Origin: Alphaproteobacteria bacterium
Lineage (GTDB): Bacteria; Pseudomonadota; Alphaproteobacteria; UBA9219
DNA: 58,639 nt
Direction: 5' to 3'
Assembly: GCA_028708035.1 (NCBI GenBank)
Contig: JAQVZU010000003.1
Coordinates: 1 to 58,639, forward strand
Position 1 is the first letter of the stretch, and every line of letters starts with the position of its first letter. The notes under the pieces were generated by a model that was not told the origin of the DNA, did not search any database, and was given only the letters and a program-made list of their open reading frames with translations. This document shows positions 21,088 through 27,794 of this stretch, piece by piece. Position numbers and translations under genes: made by a program.

Positions 21088-21213
21088 ATCCGCAACAGCG
21101 CAACAAGCATTGTCTTGCAAAGGGTTAGGTGTTGCGGATTGGGTTTTGTATCCGCAACAGAAGAAGCCATTGGCGGCGTTGAACTTTTATTCATTTGTTG
21201 CGGTGTTGCGGAT
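21088..21213. repeat. iteron cluster, probable replication origin of the satellite-like element
   Basis: Six copies of (AT)CCGCAACA: forward 21088, 21098 (variant), 21150; reverse 21130, 21196, 21204. Confidence 0.7.
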
Positions 21214-21889
21214 TGGAGGGGGGATTGCTGGAAGACATAAGGTAGCGGGCAAAGACATCATCGAAATCAGTCCGCAAGAATCCTTTTGGCGTCGCCATCC
21301 CAATGCGAATCGTGCTCGTCTTTAGTCCATACTCGCCAAGGCGCTTAGCAAGCTGGCGTGGAGACATTGGCTTGCTCCTGTTGTACGTCGCCCATGGACC
21401 GAGTTCATCTTCATTAAGCTCCCGCAATAGATCGGCGGTCGAAATGCGATCCGCGCCACGTTTCTCGAAGACCTCCCGAATGTCGGCAAGCAGTTCCGCC
21501 GAAAGCGAGATTGCATCATCCACCCCGGAGATTTTTAAAGCAGTGTCGCGAGCAAGCTTCGGCCAATCACCTCCGGCTGCATCCGCAATCGCAAGAAGAG
21601 GCTCCCAATTATCCTGCGCCCGGTCGTTAAGAGCTTCCGGCAAAGAAGGACGCGCACACCTCACCTTTTGGCCATTGTCCCCTGCCCACCGCGCAAGCTT
21701 CGACGAAAGGTCTCTAAATAAACCCACCTCTGCATGGCGTAGCCTTTCAACTCTTTCATCCGGAAGCTTGCGGCGAAGCTCCAAAGGTATGCCCCGATCC
21801 ATTAATGTATCCGGCAATTTGCCGATGCCACAAAGGGCTTTGGCTGCCCATGTGCTGAATGATCCACAACGCCGAGTGGGTAGTAAAGC
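21191..21889 (-). pseudogene. 5'-truncated DUF3631-like replication protein
   Basis: FSTWAAKALCGIGKLPDTLMDRGIPLELRRK, DRAQDNWEPLLAIAD, ELLADIREVF, PWATYNRSKP..RQLAKRLGEYG; in-frame stop at 21890-21892 and no N-terminal half. Confidence 0.7.
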
Positions 21890-21974
21890 CTAGCCCTCAA
21901 AGCCGGATGTTTTACGCTATCCAGCAGGTTCAAAAAAACCTCGGATTGTTCCCCCTGAAGATCCGACGGAATCA

Positions 21975-22800
21975 TAGACCGACGCCCATCCAACACTATT
22001 GGCCCATCTCAATCAATTTGAAAGGATTTAATGATTCGCTCTTGTCGTAGAGTTAACGATGGAGGAAAGCATGACAATCAAAGTTCCGACAGTAAAGAAG
22101 TATATCGTCAGACTGAGCAAGGAGGAACGAAAAGAGCTTAACGAGCTCATACGGAAAGGGAAAAGTCAGGCGAAACAGCAATTGAAAGCGCGCATTTTGT
22201 TGAAAGCCGATGTGTCGAAGCAGGGCGAGGGCTGGAGCGACAGCAAAATTATTAAAGCCCTTAACACCAGCGCATCGATGGTCTATCGGGTGAGACAACA
22301 GCTTGTGGAAGAAGGTATTGAAGCAGTTCTCAGCCGAAAGCAACGCGCAACACCGGCCATTCCGCAGATTTTTGACGGCGAGAAAGAAGCTCGTTTGATA
22401 CAACTGGCCTGTTCTGAAGCACCTGCGGGACAAGCCCGCTGGACGTTGAACTTGCTGGCGAACAAAGTTGTGGCCTTAAAAATCGTCGATACTGCAAGTC
22501 CCAGTACGGTGGGGCGCGTTCTAAAAAAACACGCTCAAGCCCCACCTCAAACAGCAGTGGGTCATCCCGCCGGAGCAAAACAGCGCATTTGTAGCGGCGA
22601 TGGAAGATGTGCTGGCAATTTACATGCGTCCGCACGATCCTGATTGTCCACTGGTTTGTCTCGATGAAGCTACGAAGCAACTCATCAAGGAAACGCGCGT
22701 TCCGATCCCGATGAAGAAGGGCCGGGTCCGACGCGTCGATTATGAATATGAACGCAACGGAACCGCCAATATGTTCATGATGTTCGCACCGCTCGAAGGC
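21975..22800 (+). mobile_element. IS630-family element, 3'-truncated (orfA from 22059; orfB via -1 frameshift)
   Basis: KKYIVRLSKEER..KARILLKAD..LACSEAPAGQARWTL; A7C at 22523-22530; -1 frame gives PLVCLDEA..VDYEYERNGTAN; only the first D of DDE is present. Left end is a guess (TA at 21975). Confidence 0.9.
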
Positions 22801-23030
22801 TGCGGTTTGACGCCGTTTTCTAATCAGCTAAAATTTAGTGACATTCGTTTCTCCAGCACTTGTGTTGCGGTTTGACGCCGTTTTCTAATCAGCTAAAATG
22901 GTGGATCCTTCCTTGGCAATCTTGTATAGTTGCGGTTTGACGCCGTTTTCTAATCAGCTAAAATTGACCTGGACGCGCTTGCTGACCAAGCTTAGTTGCG
23001 GTTTGACGCCGTTTTCTAATCAGCTAAAAT
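22799..23030 (+). CRISPR. type II-C CRISPR array: 4 repeats (36 nt) and 3 spacers (29, 29, 30 nt)
   Basis: GTTGCGGTTTGACGCCGTTTTCTAATCAGCTAAAAT at 22864, 22929 and 22995; variant GCTGCGG.. at 22799. + orientation inferred from tracrRNA complementarity and the downstream terminator. Confidence 0.98.
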
Positions 23031-23037
23031 ACAAATT

Positions 23038-23077
23038 GAATAAGCCCATGGAAACATGGGCTTATTCTTTGTTTTTG
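23038..23077 (+). terminator. terminator between array and cas2
   Basis: GAATAAGCCCATG-GAAA-CATGGGCTTATTC perfect 13-bp stem followed by TTTGTTTTTG. Confidence 0.8.
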
Positions 23078-23101
23078 ACTGCCAAAAAACGTGGTTTTTC
23101 T

Positions 23102-23443
23102 TCATAATAAGACCAGTTGATCAGGATTTTCTGTGGGCGGCTGAGTCGCTCGATTCTGAATGTTGATAATATCAGAGAACTGCTTGTCCGTGAAAAAGAG
23201 GATGCTGATTCGACCACCGGAAGGGGCATTCTTTTTGATCGCCTTCACATAAGTCGAAGCATTGCTTCGTTCTCCGCAAAAACGAAAATACACTGAGAAC
23301 TGCGACATCTCAAACCCTTGGTCCAGCAGAAAATTTCTGAACTTGGTTGCTGTCCTTCGTTCAGCGGCGGTCATAACAGGCAAGTCAAACATCACCATCA
23401 TCCACATCAGGCGTAACCCGCTGTAAGGGACTAGGGGGGACAT
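23102..23443 (-). CDS. cas2: CRISPR-associated endonuclease Cas2
   Basis: MWMMVMFDLPV..TKFRNFLLDQGFEMSQFSVY..ILFFTDKQF; start 23443 (or 23407). Confidence 0.96.
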   Translation of the reverse strand: MSPLVPYSGLRLMWMMVMFDLPVMTAAERRTATKFRNFLLDQGFEMSQFSVYFRFCGERSNASTYVKAIKKNAPSGGRISILFFTDKQFSDIINIQNRATQPPTENPDQLVLL

Positions 23444-23444
23444 T

Positions 23445-24353
23445 TCACGAAGCTTCAAGCCAAAGAGGCAACGCCGGTTGGGGAAACAGCAGGAGATCAG
23501 CCTTTCCCAAATACACAAAGGCAAGACTTGTGGCTGAATCCTGTACCGAATTTGAAAGGGATGTCATTTCGGCTTCCGCTGCAATTTGCATGTCCAAGAT
23601 GCTGGCGAGCTTTCGCTTAACCTCTGTTGAGACCTCAATCTGTTGTTTTTGGACTAGATTCCATACTGTCCAATCGACAAAAGGGCGAAACGGTTCCATT
23701 AAGTCGTCGACCAACCGCATAGGGTTGTTCGAATTTAAATGATGAATGCCAATCGACGGATGAAGTCCGGCCCCCATAATTGCCCGCGCGACACAGGACC
23801 TCAAAACCGTATAGCCGTAATTCAGCATGCCATTGATGCCGCCAGCCTGCCTGTCGCGGCGAAAATCTTTCCCAAAAAGCAAAGGCCAGTATCTTCGCGC
23901 GGCCTGAGCTTCGATATTGTCAGGATCGCCAGAACGAACGGCCTTTTCCAAAGAGCGAACGGGAGTTGGATTCGCTCCTGTCGCCTCTAAGACCACAGCT
24001 TGCTGGGAAATTTTAGATTGTACGATCTGTTTCCATAGTTGTTTGCTTTTGGGCAGCGTTGCGGAAATCTGGGCATCCATGCGGGCCGATTGCTTATAAT
24101 TCCCATCAAGCGACCATAAGTATGCTACAGGCGTGAAGTTTGCGCCACAGACAACAAAAGGGACATTTCGTTGGGCGAGCTGGACAAGCAAGTTATTGCT
24201 GTACGTCAGGCCATGAGCACGGGCAATGACCGCGCCTATGTCATCCAGAGGTACTTTTGTAACCTCTTCTCCTTTTTCGCTTACGCTCATGAACCCGCGA
24301 TTTACGGAAAGATGCTTTCCGTCGGTCGTAATTTCGATGATGCGTGAAAGCAT
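23445..24353 (-). CDS. cas1: type II Cas1
   Basis: DNIEAQAARRYW, LNYGYTVLRS, GIHH, LVDDLMEPFRPFVD. Confidence 0.97.
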   Translation of the reverse strand: MLSRIIEITTDGKHLSVNRGFMSVSEKGEEVTKVPLDDIGAVIARAHGLTYSNNLLVQLAQRNVPFVVCGANFTPVAYLWSLDGNYKQSARMDAQISATLPKSKQLWKQIVQSKISQQAVVLEATGANPTPVRSLEKAVRSGDPDNIEAQAARRYWPLLFGKDFRRDRQAGGINGMLNYGYTVLRSCVARAIMGAGLHPSIGIHHLNSNNPMRLVDDLMEPFRPFVDWTVWNLVQKQQIEVSTEVKRKLASILDMQIAAEAEMTSLSNSVQDSATSLAFVYLGKADLLLFPQPALPLWLEAS

Positions 24354-24354
24354 T

Positions 24355-27300
24355 TCATCTCCTTGAGACGACTCCTAATGGGTCACGAACGCGCCCAATC
24401 ACATCCACAGAAATCTTTCTTAGCTTTGCTTCTTGCATTCCGGAAGGGACTGCACGCCAACTGAGTTTGTCCCCTTCTTCCTTTGCGATGGTATGAGGTC
24501 GAAAGCTGATTCTTCCGCCGGATTCTTTCGCGATTTTCTTCACCCGACAGACAACTGTTTTTCCATCCTTCTCGTAGGCAACCATGTCATCAATTTGGAG
24601 TCGCATAACAAGCTTTGCCGTCGGATTCTCTATTTTCCACTTTGGCTGAAAACCTTTTTGATGTGCGTCAAAATTCGATATGACTTCGCACTGCCATTTC
24701 CCGGCCCGCTTTCCCTTGTTGGGGCAATATATTTCCGCAGAGTAATTACCCCCTGTTGCATAAAATTTGTAAGGATTGTGAGGCTGGCTGTGGGAGGAAA
24801 TGCCTACAAGGGTATCCTTCTGCCGTGCAAAGTGTATGCGAACCCGGCGCGTCCCACTCCGTTCAATGAAAGAAGAAAGAGCTTGTTTCCATTCTTTGCT
24901 CTTTTCTTCGAACCCGTTTACAGCATCCAAAATTTGGTCCCTAATCACGGGGTCGGCAATTTCTCCAATGTTTTTCCGGGTCAGCATATCTTCAACCGCG
25001 ACACGTGTAGCAACTAGAATCTCGTTCTTTCCTTCTCCATCGGCAATGAAGCCAAGAGCTGTTTGGTCAAGCAATGCGGCAACGGTGTAGGGGATAGGGG
25101 CATGAATGGCTTTTTGAGCATCTCCATGGTCAGGTTTGAAAGAAATGATTGTATTTTCCAGTAAGGCCCGGATTTTTTCGCGGAAGCCTGGAAAAGGCGC
25201 ATCAACTTTGTCGATCAGTTTTCTCCGTTTTTCCCAAAGCCCTTCCGTCGTTTCCATGCGGTGAGCTGCTTTCGCCATCTGATTCAGAAGTCCTTGGTCG
25301 GACAGGCCTATCACGAAGGCGTCTATGGCATGATGCCTATGATCTGTGCGGTCTTTCTTGCCGTCTTCGTCACCGAGAAGATCATTAAGTCCGAGTTTAT
25401 CACGCAGCAAAGCGGTCAGTTGTCCCGTGGAGGCCCGCACCTTTTGCTTGCCTTTTTCGTTCTCAAAAACAGCAGCGAGATACTCTTTCGCTAATTTGGA
25501 CATGTAGCGCGTATCGTTAAGCAGACGGGAAATTACGCCATCTTTCCCATCGGCTATCGCCCAAGCGTCTTCTTTGAACCGCCATTGTTTGTTGCTTGGC
25601 AGGTTGTGGGCGCGCGCAAGAATTTCAGGCCAGAATGGTTCGTGTCCAAATGCTTCAAACGGAGAACGGTTTCCCTTTCTCCTGTTCCAGTCAATGTGCG
25701 ACAGAACTTTATTGGCTCGCTTGTCGTTAAAACTGCGCGAGAAGGGCAGGAGGTGTTCCTCCTCAAACTTTCCTGAAAAAATATCTGCGGCTGAAATCTG
25801 GATTCCGCTAAATGGGCAGCACCGCTTTTCTGGCTGCTTCGCCAAATCCTCCCACAGCTTAAACAGCATCCTGTTGCGATACGAGAGAGAAACCCCCAAC
25901 TTTTCTAACTCACCATTAATCCGCTTGTTTTCTCGCGTGTTATCGGCCTGTTGTTTGTTGATTTCATCGACGGGTTCTTTCAATTCTCTGGCAAGTTCGA
26001 TAACGACTTCATCTGGTTTGCCATAGGTTATTATGATCTCGTTCACTAACCGGCGAACCTGGTTTAAAGCAATGTGGACGGATGGGTTATTTATTTTACC
26101 GTAAAACTTTTCGGGATATTGCTTGTCTCCGTCATCGTGAGTTCCACCGATTACACTGCTTTCCAATACTTCCCCATAATAGGGAAGTGCGTCAAAGACT
26201 ACGCCAGTTCGAAAATCGGAGTGATGATAGCCCGCTTTCCTTGCCGCTTCTGCGTATCTGTCCCCAGCTTCCAAAAAAGGAAGCATTTTCATTATAGCCT
26301 TCTTGCTCAACCGTCCATATCCATCAGGAAGTTTGAGATCGGAAATGTTTTCAGCGCATTCTTGGTTAAGGCCATATTCGGCAATCAATTTTTGAACCAA
26401 AACTTGTGAATTCGGTTCCTCAAATAATTCAAAAATAATGGCTTCCTGTTGATCTTGTGTGAAAGAACGCCATCTTTTTCCGAAAGCTTTCTCATCGGAC
26501 AGTAGGTATGAAGTCTCGTCACCGCCTAAATCGGTTCTTTTGTCGGATTCCAGATTGAATTTTACATCTTGGCCTAAGCGCAAAAGGGTTCTGATTTGGC
26601 GAAAGGTTCTTTTTTTATTTGCCATTAAAGCTTGGATTATCTTCTTTCGATCTTCCGGGGTGATATTTCTGTCGGAATCCCCATAATTATCGATTTCGAG
26701 ATTGTTGACCTCCTGAAGAATTCTGAATTTTTGTACTATTGGCAATGCAAGCCTTGCTCTTGGTTCCGAGTTCTCAAAGAGGCATTTCCCGACTTCTTGC
26801 GGCTTGAGGAGTCGCTGGGAAAAAACGATCTCTTTAATTCTTGCACAGACTCTATCAATAAGCTCTGGGTGAAACCGCTTTTGCGAGTTCAATATTTTAT
26901 CTACCTCTGCCTCATACATTTCTCGGCCAGTATAGAAATTATAAGAGGCTTCCTTTCCAACAACGCTTCTCCGCACGCGAACCGGGGCGTATTTGTTTTC
27001 TTTCCTCAACTTCCAAAAATATTCGCCCAACGTGCGGCTCGTTGTTGTCAGTAACTTCGCGTCCAAGTCTTTTATTGCCGTCTTTAACGGGCCAAGGTCA
27101 TTTTCGCGCTTGTCTGCCTTGCGGTTACTTTTAAATCCCCGGCGCTGGTTTATGTGGAAGAGGACTCGACCCAAGTGGTGCAGCGGAATCTCTTTATCCA
27201 AGGCGTCGGCCCGTAGCTCGTAGGGGTCAAGTCCCTCAAGTTGTTTGCGGGCCTTGGGGTCTGAAGGAAACAGGCCTTGCTTCGTTAAGTAATCCAGAAG

Positions 27301-27516
27301 AAGTTCTCTGCGCCACTTGCGTCTATCCAGGTTTCTTCTTGCGCCTCTGGCATTTCTTCTGGATACCGCTAGCGGTTCCTTTGTCTTTCCGTCCCTTCCA
27401 TCTGAAAATATGCGGACGCCCAAAGCCGTAATATCCACCACGGTTTCTTTTTCAATTTTAAGCAGGCACCAACCCAAAGATGTAGAGCCGAGATCGAGCG
27501 AAAGACGAAAGGACAC
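24355..27516 (-). CDS. cas9: type II-C Cas9, ~1053 aa
   Basis: GTG start at 27516 after a GAGGT SD; RuvC-I SLDLGSTSLGW, Arg-rich bridge helix, RuvC-II VIELARE, HNH EEHLLPFSRSFNDKRANKVL..N, RuvC-III HHAIDA; no csn2 or cas4. Confidence 0.98.
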   Translation of the reverse strand: MSFRLSLDLGSTSLGWCLLKIEKETVVDITALGVRIFSDGRDGKTKEPLAVSRRNARGARRNLDRRKWRRELLLDYLTKQGLFPSDPKARKQLEGLDPYELRADALDKEIPLHHLGRVLFHINQRRGFKSNRKADKRENDLGPLKTAIKDLDAKLLTTTSRTLGEYFWKLRKENKYAPVRVRRSVVGKEASYNFYTGREMYEAEVDKILNSQKRFHPELIDRVCARIKEIVFSQRLLKPQEVGKCLFENSEPRARLALPIVQKFRILQEVNNLEIDNYGDSDRNITPEDRKKIIQALMANKKRTFRQIRTLLRLGQDVKFNLESDKRTDLGGDETSYLLSDEKAFGKRWRSFTQDQQEAIIFELFEEPNSQVLVQKLIAEYGLNQECAENISDLKLPDGYGRLSKKAIMKMLPFLEAGDRYAEAARKAGYHHSDFRTGVVFDALPYYGEVLESSVIGGTHDDGDKQYPEKFYGKINNPSVHIALNQVRRLVNEIIITYGKPDEVVIELARELKEPVDEINKQQADNTRENKRINGELEKLGVSLSYRNRMLFKLWEDLAKQPEKRCCPFSGIQISAADIFSGKFEEEHLLPFSRSFNDKRANKVLSHIDWNRRKGNRSPFEAFGHEPFWPEILARAHNLPSNKQWRFKEDAWAIADGKDGVISRLLNDTRYMSKLAKEYLAAVFENEKGKQKVRASTGQLTALLRDKLGLNDLLGDEDGKKDRTDHRHHAIDAFVIGLSDQGLLNQMAKAAHRMETTEGLWEKRRKLIDKVDAPFPGFREKIRALLENTIISFKPDHGDAQKAIHAPIPYTVAALLDQTALGFIADGEGKNEILVATRVAVEDMLTRKNIGEIADPVIRDQILDAVNGFEEKSKEWKQALSSFIERSGTRRVRIHFARQKDTLVGISSHSQPHNPYKFYATGGNYSAEIYCPNKGKRAGKWQCEVISNFDAHQKGFQPKWKIENPTAKLVMRLQIDDMVAYEKDGKTVVCRVKKIAKESGGRISFRPHTIAKEEGDKLSWRAVPSGMQEAKLRKISVDVIGRVRDPLGVVSRR

Positions 27517-27543
27517 ATTACACCTCATCAAGTAGAAGATTAC

Positions 27544-27578
27544 TTGACAAGTGTATGCCAGCAAAAGTAGTGTATCAA
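27544..27578. promoter_or_regulatory. interleaved divergent promoters for tracrRNA (+) and cas9 (-)
   Basis: + strand TTGACA (27544-49)-N18-TAGTGT (27568-73); - strand TTGATA (27573-78)-N17-TACACT (27550-55). Confidence 0.65.
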
Positions 27579-27662
27579 CCGCTGATTAGAAAACGGCGTC
27601 TTTCCGTTAACAAGATGTTGTTCACAAAATGAAACGGCAGGCTCCGGCCTGCCGTTATTTTT
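27579..27662 (+). ncRNA. tracrRNA
   Basis: GCTGATTAGAAAACGGCGTC (27581-27600) is the exact reverse complement of repeat nt 11-30, followed by TTTCCGTTAAC pairing with GTTGCGG, a nexus-like stem and terminator AACGGCAGGC-TCCG-GCCTGCCGTT-ATTTTT. Confidence 0.9.
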
Positions 27663-27744
27663 ATGACGGCATTTTTAATATCACGTCTCTACAAAGAGAA
27701 TTTGCAGCCTTGTGCCAGTGGCTGCGCATTTTGTTCGTGACAAA

Positions 27745-27778
27745 AAATGCCCGCTTCCGGTCAGGAAAGCGGGCATTT
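27745..27778 (-). terminator. terminator of the 27795-29660 gene (likely bidirectional)
   Basis: AAATGCCCGCTT...AAGCGGGCATTT stem flanked by A and T tracts. Confidence 0.75.
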
Positions 27779-27794
27779 ATTTTAGCGCAAAGAA

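Noticed and set aside
21893-21974. ~80 nt between the rep truncation and the guessed IS630 end
   Set aside because: I could not assign it; it may belong to the IS or to another fragment.
22600-22875. 91-aa ORF running through repeat 1 and spacer 1 as a functional fusion protein
   Set aside because: It is the truncated IS630 orfB reading into the array and lacks two of the three DDE residues.
22835-22994. Self-targeting of spacers against the satellite remnant or IS elements
   Set aside because: No match seen by eye; a proper alignment is still needed.
27411-27420. TGCGGACGCC inside cas9 as a repeat mimic for a long autoregulatory tracrRNA
   Set aside because: It is the antisense of the conserved LGVRIF codons and only a gapped partial match.
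23102-27564. Type II-A or II-B assignment
   Set aside because: No csn2 or cas4; Cas9 size and array orientation fit II-C.
27517-27564. 16-aa N-terminal extension of Cas9 from the ORF track
   Set aside because: It overlaps the promoters; GTG at 27516 has an SD and starts at the RuvC-I motif.
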